Program-made: the position numbers and the translations under genes | Assembly: GCA_900550545.1 (NCBI GenBank) | Contig: URSS01000004.1 | Location: 52,644 to 116,643, forward strand | Length of the DNA: 64,000 bases | Source: an uncultured Lachnobacterium sp. | Lineage (GTDB): Bacteria; Bacillota; Clostridia; Lachnospirales; Lachnospiraceae | Direction of reading: 5' to 3' | The notes under the pieces: generated by a model | Database searches by the model: none | The model's input: the letters and a program-made list of their open reading frames with translations, nothing else | Told to the model about the DNA's origin: nothing | In this document: piece by piece, positions 28,939-38,534 of the stretch | How the letters are laid out: every line of letters begins with the position of its first letter | How positions within the stretch are numbered: the first letter of the stretch is position 1

Positions 28939-31191
28939 TTATGACAGTTTCCAGATCTCTTTGTTGTACTGGTCGATAGTACGGTCAGATGAGAAGAATC
29001 CTGCCTTGCTGATATTTACAAGCATCTTCTTAGCCCATGCTTTGCGATCTGCATATGCATCATATGCTTTCTCTCTTGTCTCGATGTAAGAATCGAAATC
29101 TGGGAAAGTCATGAACCAGTCTTTGTTCAGAAGTTCGTTGTACAGACGCTCTAAGTTCTCAGCGCATCCAACAGACTTCACAGTATCACTTACGATAAAG
29201 TCAACAGCTCTCTTTAAGTTGGAATCTTTCTCGTAGTAGCTTCTTGAATTATAATCGCCTCTTGCATAACGATCGATGACGGTCTGAGAATCCTCACCGA
29301 ATGTAAAGATGTTATCATCTCCAACAAGTTCTGCGATCTCTACGTTTGCACCATCCATCGTTCCCAATGTGAGTGCTCCGTTTAACATAAACTTCATGTT
29401 ACCTGTTCCGGATGCTTCCTTGGATGCGAGTGAGATCTGCTCGGAGATATCACATGCCGGAATCATCTTCTCAGCCATGGTTACATTGTAGTTTTCTACC
29501 ATAAATACTTTTAAGTATGGGCTTACTTCCGGATCATTGTTGATGATCTGCTGTAAGCAGAGAATCAAGTGAATGATATCCTTTGCGATGATGTAAGCAG
29601 GTGCTGCCTTTGCTCCAAAGAATACAGTGATTGGAGTTGCAGGCTTTTTGCCCTCTTTGATCTCAAAATATTTATGAATGACATAGAGTGCATTCATCTG
29701 CTGTCTCTTGTACTCATGAAGTCTCTTAACCTGAATATCATAAATGGAATTCTCATCAATATCAAATCCCTGCTTCATATTAAGGTAATTCTTCAGATCT
29801 GCTTTCTTTCCAGCCTTTACTGCAAGAAGACGATCTAATACTGCATCATCATTGACATAGTTGCCAAGTTTCTCTAACTCGTTTGCATCTTTCTTCCAGC
29901 CATCCCCGATGAGCTCTGTAATCATTGCAGATAATTCAGGGTTGCAGGACATAAGCCAACGACGGAATGTAATACCGTTTGTCTTATTGTTGAACTTCTC
30001 CGGATAAAGCTTGTAGAAGTTATTTAACTCACTGTTCTTTAAGATTTCTGTATGAAGGTAAGCAACACCATTTACGCTGTATCCGTAATGGATATCCATG
30101 TGTGCCATATGAACCAGACCATCTTTGATAATATAAGTACTCTCATCACTTACTTTTGCACGTACACGGTTGTCTAATTCACGAATAATTGGCATCAACT
30201 GTGGAACAGCCTTGTCTAAGAAGTAAATTGGCCATTTCTCCAATGCTTCTGCAAGGATTGTATGGTTGGTGTATGCACATACCTTTGCAACAATATCAAT
30301 TGCCTCGTCCATCAGGATTCCTCTTTCCTGAAGGAGACGGATCAGCTCCGGAATAACCATGGAAGGATGGGTATCGTTAATCTGTACAGTTGCATAATCA
30401 GCTAAATCATGTAAGTTAGATCCCTTTGCAACAGCCTCGTCAAGAATCAGTCTTGCAGCATTGCTTACCATAAAATACTGTTGGTAAACACGGAGCAGAC
30501 GACCCTTCTCATCGGAATCATCCGGATATAAGAACAAAGTCAGGTTCTTCTGGATATCTTCCTTATTGAAATCAATGGTGTCTCCAACAATGCTCTCATC
30601 TACAGTCTCAATATCGAAAAGACGAAGCTTTGTTGTACGGTTGTTGTAACCAACAACATCAATATCATATAATCTGGACTGTACGGTAAATCCACCGAAC
30701 TGTACCGGATATGTGATATCTGTCTTTGTCAGCCAGCTGTCCTCTGTAATCCATGGATTTGGTGTTTCTTTCTGCAGGTTGTGATCGAATACCTGCTTAA
30801 ATAATCCATAATGATAATTTAATCCTACACCATCACCATTCAAACCAAGTGTAGCAATAGAATCAACAAAACATGCTGCCAGACGGCCAAGACCACCGTT
30901 TCCAAGTGAAGGCTCAAGCTCGATTTCCTCAATCTCTCCGATGTTCTTTCCAGATGCCTCTAACTCGGATTTTACATCATCATAAATTCCAAGGTTGATC
31001 AGGTTGTTGGATAAAAGCTTTCCAATTAAGAACTCTGCGGAAATGTAATACAGTTTCTTCTTTCCTTCGTTACTTACTTTATCTTCAGCCATCTGCTTTG
31101 TCATATCAAGCAGTGCAAAATAGATTTCTTCGTTGCTGCACTTTTCGATTGTTTTGTTATACTTCATCGATACTGCTTTCGCTAATGTCAT
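28939..31191 (-). CDS. glgP: Glycogen/alpha-glucan phosphorylase (paralogue 1, 750 aa)
   Basis: PLP-site motif [27 protein letters not shown]; ...[13 protein letters not shown]... Confidence 0.9.
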   Translation of the reverse strand: MTLAKAVSMKYNKTIEKCSNEEIYFALLDMTKQMAEDKVSNEGKKKLYYISAEFLIGKLLSNNLINLGIYDDVKSELEASGKNIGEIEEIELEPSLGNGGLGRLAACFVDSIATLGLNGDGVGLNYHYGLFKQVFDHNLQKETPNPWITEDSWLTKTDITYPVQFGGFTVQSRLYDIDVVGYNNRTTKLRLFDIETVDESIVGDTIDFNKEDIQKNLTLFLYPDDSDEKGRLLRVYQQYFMVSNAARLILDEAVAKGSNLHDLADYATVQINDTHPSMVIPELIRLLQERGILMDEAIDIVAKVCAYTNHTILAEALEKWPIYFLDKAVPQLMPIIRELDNRVRAKVSDESTYIIKDGLVHMAHMDIHYGYSVNGVAYLHTEILKNSELNNFYKLYPEKFNNKTNGITFRRWLMSCNPELSAMITELIGDGWKKDANELEKLGNYVNDDAVLDRLLAVKAGKKADLKNYLNMKQGFDIDENSIYDIQVKRLHEYKRQQMNALYVIHKYFEIKEGKKPATPITVFFGAKAAPAYIIAKDIIHLILCLQQIINNDPEVSPYLKVFMVENYNVTMAEKMIPACDISEQISLASKEASGTGNMKFMLNGALTLGTMDGANVEIAELVGDDNIFTFGEDSQTVIDRYARGDYNSRSYYEKDSNLKRAVDFIVSDTVKSVGCAENLERLYNELLNKDWFMTFPDFDSYIETREKAYDAYADRKAWAKKMLVNISKAGFFSSDRTIDQYNKEIWKLS

Positions 31192-31434
31192 TTTTCTTTC
31201 CTCCCTAATTAAAACCTCACGACCCCTATCCGTGTTTTATTTGATAGTCTAAGTATATTCACTTTTGCATTTTTATTCTTGTCATATTCACGCAAAAACT
31301 AATACTATTCTATCATTTTTCATATACTACGCAATGGGTTCTGTTATTATTCACCAATTTCACCCCTTGATAATTAGTAAATAAGCACAAAAGCCGGCAA
31401 AAGAATTTACAAACAATTCTGCTTTTGCTAAGAT

Positions 31435-32337
31435 GTGGATATGAATATACTTGAATATGAAAATTACCATGAAAATGTAACACACGGAGATATCATTTTC
31501 CCTTACAATACGTATCTGTGCTCTATTCCGCTTGACTTTCCACGGGTACCTCTGCACTGGCATGACGAGGTGGAACTTATTTATATAAAGAAAGGACGGG
31601 GTGCTGTGACAGTAGACTTCCACCAATACAAATTGCAGGGACCAACACTGCTTCTCATTCTCCCCGGTCAGCTCCATTCCATCGAACAATATGAAAATGA
31701 TGCGATGGAGTACGAAAATATCATTTTTCATCCAAGCATGCTGATTTCCAAACAGGCGGACACCACCGCTACCGGATTTCTTCTGCCACTGTTTGCCGGT
31801 CAGGTCACAGTTCCTACTGTTTTCACGCCTGTCTATCCATACTACACAGATGTGGTAGCACCGATCGATGCCTGTGATGAAATCTGTAAAACCATGCCAC
31901 AGGGATATGAGCTTTATATCAAAAGCAAGCTCTACGAATTCTTCTTTATCCTGGATAACCGCTGCCGGAACTTAAGCACCACCAAAGGAAACCGTAAAAC
32001 TCTGGACAAAATAAAAGTTGTCCTCAAATATATTGAGAACAACTATATGAACCGGATTTCCATCGCCGATATCTCCACGACCATCGATTTCTCGGAATCT
32101 CACTTTATGCGTTATTTTAAAGAAACGATGGGAACTTCCTTTGTGGATTATCTGCGCGACTATCGTCTGACGATGGCATCCCGCCTTCTGACTACATCCG
32201 ATTCCGCGATTCTTGACATTGCCTCCGAGACCGGATTTGACAATCTCTCCTATTTTAATCGCGTGTTCAAAAAAAAATACGGCATGACACCGCGCCAGTT
32301 CCGCTCCGAGAGTTTTCCGGATAAGGAAGACAATTAA
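31435..32337 (+). CDS. AraC family transcriptional regulator (cupin sensor + HTH), divergent from glgP
   Basis: C-terminal AraC HTH (...ISIADISTTIDFSESHFMRYFKETMGTSFVDYLRDYRL...FDNLSYFNRVFKKKYGMTPRQFR). Confidence 0.85.
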   Translation: MDMNILEYENYHENVTHGDIIFPYNTYLCSIPLDFPRVPLHWHDEVELIYIKKGRGAVTVDFHQYKLQGPTLLLILPGQLHSIEQYENDAMEYENIIFHPSMLISKQADTTATGFLLPLFAGQVTVPTVFTPVYPYYTDVVAPIDACDEICKTMPQGYELYIKSKLYEFFFILDNRCRNLSTTKGNRKTLDKIKVVLKYIENNYMNRISIADISTTIDFSESHFMRYFKETMGTSFVDYLRDYRLTMASRLLTTSDSAILDIASETGFDNLSYFNRVFKKKYGMTPRQFRSESFPDKEDN

Positions 32338-32819
32338 AAGAAATAGCCGGAAAAGAGCAATGCACAGGCAGCTGCTGCCACGACATCACTGATGCTGTGC
32401 ACACCGGAAATCACACGAATCACCGCAATCCCTGTCGCACATACAATCATTGCAATCCCTATTGGCATATTGACTGGAAAAAACACCAGCGCAATGATTG
32501 TTGCAGAAAACACATGACGGCTTGGCCAGGAATGTCCCTTTGTATCTTTCGGGATTACGGGTGGCATCCCAAACCTCTCATAGGGTCTTGGGAAATTTAA
32601 GATTGCCCGTACAACTGTCACGCAGATAAATCCATTCATCGGATAAATGATTGTATCTGTCAGCCTTGGATCTTTTTGCCACAACATCCAGAGCAGCAGG
32701 CACGGATAGGCGATAAAAACCAGTCCGGTCAGTATTTTATTTGCCATATGTAATGACTTAGCCAGTTTCGGATTATCACGAAACGGCTGAGTCATTTTCA
32801 TATAAGTTTCTTTTCTCAT
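32334..32819 (-). CDS. PAP2-family phosphatase (membrane)
   Basis: PSRH...SGHS-like motifs (WPSRHVFSAT, GVHSISDVV); 161 aa. Confidence 0.7.
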   Translation of the reverse strand: MRKETYMKMTQPFRDNPKLAKSLHMANKILTGLVFIAYPCLLLWMLWQKDPRLTDTIIYPMNGFICVTVVRAILNFPRPYERFGMPPVIPKDTKGHSWPSRHVFSATIIALVFFPVNMPIGIAMIVCATGIAVIRVISGVHSISDVVAAAACALLFSGYFF

Positions 32820-32834
32820 AAGTAATCGTTCTTT

Positions 32835-33269
32835 CTAACGGCTGGTTGTATTGTTTGTATTATTCTTCGTCGTATTGTTGTTGGTTTTGTTGTCTGTGGT
32901 ATTTTTTGAATTGTTGTTTCCATTGGTATTGTCTGCATCATCTCCATCCACCATATCTTCCACACCATCAACCACTGCATCTCCGGCATCCTTGACGCCG
33001 TCTACCACACCATCTCCGACATCTTTGATATCATCCCCGACATTATCCACATCGTTCTTTACATTGTTGCCGTTATTGGTGTTATTTCCATTTGTAGTTC
33101 CATTGTTTGTTCCGTTGTCAACCGTACCGTTGTTTGTGTCATTTGCGTTGGTATCCATCATCGTATTCTGGGTATCGTTTGTATTGTTATCGTTTGTTCC
33201 ACAGGCTGCAAACAATCCCATGCTTCCAACTAACAGACAGCATACCATAAATAGTTTCCATTTTTTCAT
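32835..33269 (-). CDS. Lipoprotein with N/T/D/G-rich low-complexity region
   Basis: MKKWKLFMVCCLLVGSMGLFAACG lipobox; the rest is compositionally biased. Confidence 0.5.
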   Translation of the reverse strand: MKKWKLFMVCCLLVGSMGLFAACGTNDNNTNDTQNTMMDTNANDTNNGTVDNGTNNGTTNGNNTNNGNNVKNDVDNVGDDIKDVGDGVVDGVKDAGDAVVDGVEDMVDGDDADNTNGNNNSKNTTDNKTNNNTTKNNTNNTTSR

Positions 33270-33391
33270 TTTAAATATCTCCTTTTTATTATATTACGAA
33301 GGTAGTATGAACGCAAACGTTTCCTTTTATGCACAATATTCCAATTTACTTGAAGATTTTTCCACATACGTCCTTACTCTTGTACCAGCAT

Positions 33392-33751
33392 CTAATGTTT
33401 CTTCATCTTTGGCTGTGTGATCAGCGATGCAATATAGGAAAAAACAAGCGCTGCCGAAAGGCCTGCTGCACAGTTCTTAAATCCTCCAAGAAATATTCCT
33501 AAGAAACCTTCCTTATCCACCATTTCTTTTACACCTTTCCAGAGATTATTTCCAAATCCAAGCAATGGTACATTTGCTCCCGCTTTCGCCCATTTTGCAA
33601 ATGGTTCATACAGACCAACTGCACCGAGCACAGCACCCAGGCATACCAGCAGTACCATGATACGGCCCGGCATCATTTGCGTTTTTTCCATAAGGATCTG
33701 GCAGAGTGCGCATATGGCACCACCTACAACAAATGCAATTACATAATCCAT
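33392..33751 (-). CDS. spoVAEb: Stage V sporulation protein AEb (SpoVAC/SpoVAEB family)
   Basis: Start taken at MDYVIAFVVGGAICALCQ (ATGA overlap with the spoVAD stop); about 119 aa membrane protein of the family. Confidence 0.65.
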   Translation of the reverse strand: MDYVIAFVVGGAICALCQILMEKTQMMPGRIMVLLVCLGAVLGAVGLYEPFAKWAKAGANVPLLGFGNNLWKGVKEMVDKEGFLGIFLGGFKNCAAGLSAALVFSYIASLITQPKMKKH

Positions 33752-33752
33752 C

Positions 33753-34796
33753 TTATTTTCCTCCCGATTCAAGTACCACGCCGTGTGCGATGCCCGGTAT
33801 GCTCTGTCCTTCATTGAAACTTACGGTAGACAAAAGGGCACCTGTTGGCACAAACAGTATTCTTTTCATGGTTCCATCCTGCAGTCTCGGAAGGAAATGC
33901 GCGCTCAGTGTAGAGGCCGCACAGCCACATCCAGAGCCACCGGATCCGGTTCCCTGTGTTTTGTTATCATAAATCAGCATCCCACAATCCTGATGGACCT
34001 TGCTGATGTCATACCCTTTTTTGTTAAGCAGATCTATGAGTATCTCATGCCCGACTTCTCCCAGATCTCCGGTAACAATTGCATCATAGTCTTCTGGCTG
34101 CCGGTCAAAGTCAGTCAGATTCTGCGCGATGAGTTCTGCCGCTGCAGGTGCCATGACAGCTCCCATGTTCATGGAATCTTTGATTCCATAGTCAACGATT
34201 TTTCCGGTCGTGACACCTGCAATTTTTGCAAGTGCCTTATATGCATTTTCTTCCTTTTGCTTTTTTGCAGATGCCAGAATAAAGGCTCCCGCTCCGGTGA
34301 CCGTCCATGTTGCAGAAACCGGACGCTGGTTCGCATATTCAAGTGGAAACCGAAACTGCTTTTCCGCGCTCGCAAAATGACTGGAAGTAACCGCCGCCAC
34401 ATGATCCGCATATCCTGCAGCAACTGTCATGGATGACAATGCAAGTGCCTCCCCACAGGTCGAACATGCGCCATACAAACCAAACAGGGGAATCTCAAAT
34501 GTCTTTAATCCGAAGGAAGATGCTATCAGCTGTCCAAGAAGATCTCCCGCAAACAGGTAACGCATGTCCTCCGGCTTTTTGTCCGCCTTGCCCAAAGCAA
34601 GCGTCAATGCCTCCTGCTGCAGACTGCTCTCCGCCGCCTCCCAGGTGTCCTGTCCAAATTTGTCATCCGAACCGATGCAGTCAAATTCTTCTGCCAGCGG
34701 CCCTTCTCCCTCTTTTGTACCAACCACCGATGCTGTACCAATAATAAAAGGAGCCTCTGAAAAACAGAGACTCCCTTTTCCAATTTGCTGGTTCAT
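33753..34796 (-). CDS. spoVAD: Stage V sporulation protein AD (thiolase-like)
   Basis: 347 aa; FSEAPFIIGTASVVGTKEGEGPL...; thiolase-like; next to spoVAEb. Confidence 0.8.
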   Translation of the reverse strand: MNQQIGKGSLCFSEAPFIIGTASVVGTKEGEGPLAEEFDCIGSDDKFGQDTWEAAESSLQQEALTLALGKADKKPEDMRYLFAGDLLGQLIASSFGLKTFEIPLFGLYGACSTCGEALALSSMTVAAGYADHVAAVTSSHFASAEKQFRFPLEYANQRPVSATWTVTGAGAFILASAKKQKEENAYKALAKIAGVTTGKIVDYGIKDSMNMGAVMAPAAAELIAQNLTDFDRQPEDYDAIVTGDLGEVGHEILIDLLNKKGYDISKVHQDCGMLIYDNKTQGTGSGGSGCGCAASTLSAHFLPRLQDGTMKRILFVPTGALLSTVSFNEGQSIPGIAHGVVLESGGK

Positions 34797-34877
34797 ACAA
34801 TCTCTCCTTTCTGCCTGCCAGAACTTAACATTCTGCCAACTTTCAATTTGGAGATAGTATGTCGCAAACCAGATTAT

Positions 34878-35420
34878 TTATGCACCTTCAAACTGTACAA
34901 CCGAATCTACTTTGTAATCGGAAAGAACTTCACGTCCGTTAAGATCACTCAGTTCGATCAAAAACAGCGCTTCCACAACTTCACCGCCCAGCTCTTCAAC
35001 CAGTTCTGCAGCAGCTTTCATAGTTCCACCGGTTGCAATCAGATCATCCAAAAGAACCACTTTTTCGCCCTTTTGGATTGCATCCTTGTGAATCTCGATG
35101 GTTGCTGTGCCGTACTCTAAATCATAGGTCTTAGAAACCGTTTCACATGGAAGTTTGCCTTTCTTGCGAATTGGAACAAATGGCTTATGAAGCAGATAAG
35201 AAAGTGGCATACCAAAAAGGAATCCACGGGATTCTGCACCTGCGATCACATCAAAATCCACGCCCTCTAATTTCTTTGCAAGCTCATCAATTGCAAGCTT
35301 GAGTCCATCTGCGTCCTGCAGAATACTTGTCACATCACGGAATATAATTCCCTTCTCTGGAAAATCCGGAATATTTCGAATGTACTCTTTTAATTCTTTC
35401 ATAATGTCCCTCTCAATCAA
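34878..35420 (-). CDS. apt: Adenine phosphoribosyltransferase
   Basis: 180 aa; PRPP-binding VVLLDDLIATGGT. Confidence 0.9.
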   Translation of the reverse strand: MIERDIMKELKEYIRNIPDFPEKGIIFRDVTSILQDADGLKLAIDELAKKLEGVDFDVIAGAESRGFLFGMPLSYLLHKPFVPIRKKGKLPCETVSKTYDLEYGTATIEIHKDAIQKGEKVVLLDDLIATGGTMKAAAELVEELGGEVVEALFLIELSDLNGREVLSDYKVDSVVQFEGA

Positions 35421-35517
35421 GAAATTTATTGTATCTAAGCCTCATTATAGAACTTTCTTCCAGCAATCGCAAGCTACAGACTATCGCATTTGTCCATGAA
35501 CCATAATCAACCTATAT

Positions 35518-36216
35518 CTATTTTACCGGTTTCCATCCGTCTTCCGCCCGCCGGATCACATCCTTTACCGTCAGAACATCATTTTGGAAAACAAAGCGGA
35601 TATCATATGCATCGAATGCCATGCCATAAATGTAATCCGGCTTTTTGTTGTATGCCGCCCGCGGATCCTGCGCCAGCACTTCGATTGCTGCCTTCTGCAA
35701 TGTTTCCGGAATTCTTGCAAGAAGTTTCGGCGGGAAATCTACCTCTATCCGGTCAGACTGATGACGATCCGCAAATCCTCCCTTTGCATCTGGATGCGCA
35801 TCCGCATAAGGCAGATACGGTTTGATATCATAAATCGGTGTCCCATCTAATAAATCCACACCGGAAACCACAAGAATGGGACCATCATTCTCATTGATCC
35901 GCACCTCTTCGAGCTTTACACAGGAAAGACCTATGGAATTCGGTCGAAATGGAGACCTTGTTGCAAACACGCCTTTTTTCTCTTTACCTCCGAGCCGCGG
36001 TGGTGCTACCGTAGCATGAAAAGTATCCTGCTTTGCCTTGGAAAACTCCCACAAAAGCCACAGATGTGAAAACTCTTCTATTCCTTTTACTGCATCCGGA
36101 TTGCGGAATTTCGGTTCAAAAACAATGGTTCCTTTTGCATTGGTAGCCAGTCCGCTCTGTCTGGGAATGCCGAACTTTTCCGGAAACGGGGTGTGAATAT
36201 GTGCAATATATTCCAT
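35518..36216 (-). CDS. trmO: tRNA (adenine37-N6)-methyltransferase TrmO (TsaA/YaeB family)
   Basis: MEYIAHIHTPFPEKFGIPRQSG...; 232 aa. Confidence 0.8.
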   Translation of the reverse strand: MEYIAHIHTPFPEKFGIPRQSGLATNAKGTIVFEPKFRNPDAVKGIEEFSHLWLLWEFSKAKQDTFHATVAPPRLGGKEKKGVFATRSPFRPNSIGLSCVKLEEVRINENDGPILVVSGVDLLDGTPIYDIKPYLPYADAHPDAKGGFADRHQSDRIEVDFPPKLLARIPETLQKAAIEVLAQDPRAAYNKKPDYIYGMAFDAYDIRFVFQNDVLTVKDVIRRAEDGWKPVK

Positions 36217-36227
36217 GTTTTTCTCCT

Positions 36228-36336
36228 ACTTGACACACTTTTGAACATCAGCCCATCTATAGTCGCCTTCGGCGAGGGCTGACGCTATATGTCAAGTTTT
36301 CATAAAAAACTTGACACACTTTTGAACATCAGCCCA
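36228..36336. repeat. 28-bp perfect direct repeat (acttgacacacttttgaacatcagccca) x2 flanking a small hairpin
   Basis: Copies at 36228-36255 and 36309-36336; between them TCGCC-ttc-GGCGA hairpin; each copy carries TTGACA. Confidence 0.9.
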
Positions 36337-36338
36337 CT

Positions 36339-38531
36339 TTACATCTCATAATATTTCATGTTTTCGAGCAGTCCCGGTGTCAGCTGTGCACCGGTCGCCT
36401 CATATTTATCATACATTGCCCGCAGTTTCTTGCGCTTTCGTTCATTGTCAGCTTCAAGCTTCATGAAACCTTTCTGATACTGTGGATTCGCCATCAAGGC
36501 ACTGCGCACTTCTTTTGCAAACGGGCAGTATTTCATCAGAATGCTCCGCGCCACTTTGTTCAGTCGGAAACTTCCCTGCGACTCATATTTCATCCAATTG
36601 TCATAATCTTTGACAAACACTTCCTTCTGGCTGTTGCGGCAACGGGCCAGATCTGTTTTTATCTTATCCTTTGCCTCGGCAGACAATTCACTGTTTTTGC
36701 GATAAAACTGCATATAATCACAATATTCCGAAGTCAGGGACGGTTCCCTTAGATCATTCCAGTAAACGCCCTGAATCTTCCGGCAGATTTCCCAACGGTA
36801 ACGGGCAATGGTCTCACGCATGAGATCTTCCAGATCCACACTAGTAAACATCGGGAAAAGAAAGCGGGCCGGTGTATCATTTTTGACCCCTGCGGTCTCC
36901 TGCCACATGAGTGCACGCGATCCGACATTCGGCATAAGGATAATGTCCGGCAGGACTTCTTTCATAATCCATTCCTGCTTGATTCCATGCTCCGGGTCGG
37001 TAAACATGACCTCACGGTAAAAAGCAGAATAATCCAGGCAACGGACACTGTTGATCGCGGCCTCGATTTTCTCGACCGTGACCGCCATCTTCTCAATATT
37101 TCCAATGAAATCACTCTGTTGAATCACCGGACAGAAATCGTGCAGATGACCGCTGGTCACACGATTCGCTGTGCGGAACATATTCTGAACTTCATAGGCA
37201 ACTTTCTGTCTTCCATCGGCCTTTGCCGCTCTCATCTGTTCTTCTGTAATGTTGCCCTGCTTAAACTGTTGTTGCAAAGCGCCCGCATAATCCATGTTCA
37301 TCTCATTGATGCAAGGCTCACAGTCTCCATGATAAATGCGAAGCAGCCAGTCATACATTGTATATACATGCTGCGACTGAAACAGCCCGATGGAATCTAC
37401 GAGATTATACAAGGCATTCGTAAGATTCTCCCCGAGATTTTCCGCATCCATAAACCCAAAATCCAGAAACATCTGAATCATCGGTGATGGTTTGATCAGA
37501 TCCTCCGTCGAACGCAAAAAAGTCCGCAGATAAATTTCATAGAACTTCCGGCCGACTTCTCTTGTATTCTGCTCCTTTAATGCCGTCCGGAATGCATAAA
37601 TGTCTTCATTTGCATAACCCGCATATTCCATAATGCGCGCAACACAATCCTCTTTTGCCACATAAACTCTGTCCACAGATAAGCCTTCAAAATTACTGCC
37701 GGCACATCTTTGTTGTGCCTCTTCCATGCAGTCTCCATAGACACCAAGTTTCTGCATCACTTCTACGATGGCAATCATCTGCCCCTTTTCCCATGTGATA
37801 TCATTTCCTTTTCGGGAACGGGCAACGGTCAGATCATAATACAAATGAAACAGATCATCCTTCGTCTCGGCAAACAAAATCTCCTTATTCCGAAGAATAT
37901 AATTCACCATCTCGCCAATGCCCAACGTCACACGATGCATCTGCGCCGACGCTTCCATGATGGCACCGACACATAGGTTGTCGTCTTTGATCATCAGCTG
38001 CATATATTCTTTTAGATAATTTTTTACCAGGCTATCACTGTTTCGAAGCTCCCAGTCCTCCGCACGATGCTGCAGATTCAGTGCCTCAAAATATTCCATT
38101 CGGGCAAACGGCTGCTCATCCACAAGCAGCTGGCTGCACCGGTTCTTATAATCATTATAAAATTCTTCTGTTTTTGCATGCAAAAGCTGTACTTTGCGAT
38201 ACAGATCCGTATACAGACACAACGCCTGCTGGCGCTGTTCTATCGCGGTCCTCAAAAATACCGGACGGAAATTTTCATTTTTGGCAAGTATATTGGATAA
38301 ATCCTGCGAATTTTTACATGGAATCGTAATGACAGTCGTATCTTCCCTTGCCACATAATCACAACCGAACCATCCGGTCTCTAAAATTCCGATAATGGAA
38401 TTGCGTTTCATGACGATTTTCACAAAAGAAAACCGGCACTCTACGCTTCCCTCCTGAATGAGATACCATTCCATTACTTTATCCTGTCTTCTGGCAATCA
38501 GGCCGCCTTTTTTTACTTTTAATACTTTCAT
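36339..38531 (-). CDS. Hypothetical 730-aa protein with N-terminal cyclic-nucleotide-binding (CAP effector)-like domain and a long uncharacterised helical C-terminal region
   Basis: N-terminus LKVKKGGLIARRQDKVMEWYLIQEGSVE...IIGILE fits the cNMP-binding beta-roll pattern; no HTH, HD, EAL or kinase motif recognised downstream. Confidence 0.45.
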   Translation of the reverse strand: MKVLKVKKGGLIARRQDKVMEWYLIQEGSVECRFSFVKIVMKRNSIIGILETGWFGCDYVAREDTTVITIPCKNSQDLSNILAKNENFRPVFLRTAIEQRQQALCLYTDLYRKVQLLHAKTEEFYNDYKNRCSQLLVDEQPFARMEYFEALNLQHRAEDWELRNSDSLVKNYLKEYMQLMIKDDNLCVGAIMEASAQMHRVTLGIGEMVNYILRNKEILFAETKDDLFHLYYDLTVARSRKGNDITWEKGQMIAIVEVMQKLGVYGDCMEEAQQRCAGSNFEGLSVDRVYVAKEDCVARIMEYAGYANEDIYAFRTALKEQNTREVGRKFYEIYLRTFLRSTEDLIKPSPMIQMFLDFGFMDAENLGENLTNALYNLVDSIGLFQSQHVYTMYDWLLRIYHGDCEPCINEMNMDYAGALQQQFKQGNITEEQMRAAKADGRQKVAYEVQNMFRTANRVTSGHLHDFCPVIQQSDFIGNIEKMAVTVEKIEAAINSVRCLDYSAFYREVMFTDPEHGIKQEWIMKEVLPDIILMPNVGSRALMWQETAGVKNDTPARFLFPMFTSVDLEDLMRETIARYRWEICRKIQGVYWNDLREPSLTSEYCDYMQFYRKNSELSAEAKDKIKTDLARCRNSQKEVFVKDYDNWMKYESQGSFRLNKVARSILMKYCPFAKEVRSALMANPQYQKGFMKLEADNERKRKKLRAMYDKYEATGAQLTPGLLENMKYYEM

Positions 38532-38534
38532 CGT

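Noticed and set aside
32267-32275. A9 homopolymer inside the araC-family CDS (FKKKYG)
   Set aside because: It encodes a conserved lysine-rich HTH segment. There is no evidence of a frameshift in this sequence; it is a slippage-prone site only.
32851-33420. 189-aa plus-strand ORF
   Set aside because: Antisense to the low-complexity lipoprotein gene; its S/P/T-rich translation is a mirror of N/D/G-rich codons.
36987-37487. 166-aa plus-strand ORF
   Set aside because: Antisense within the 730-aa gene; no RBS.
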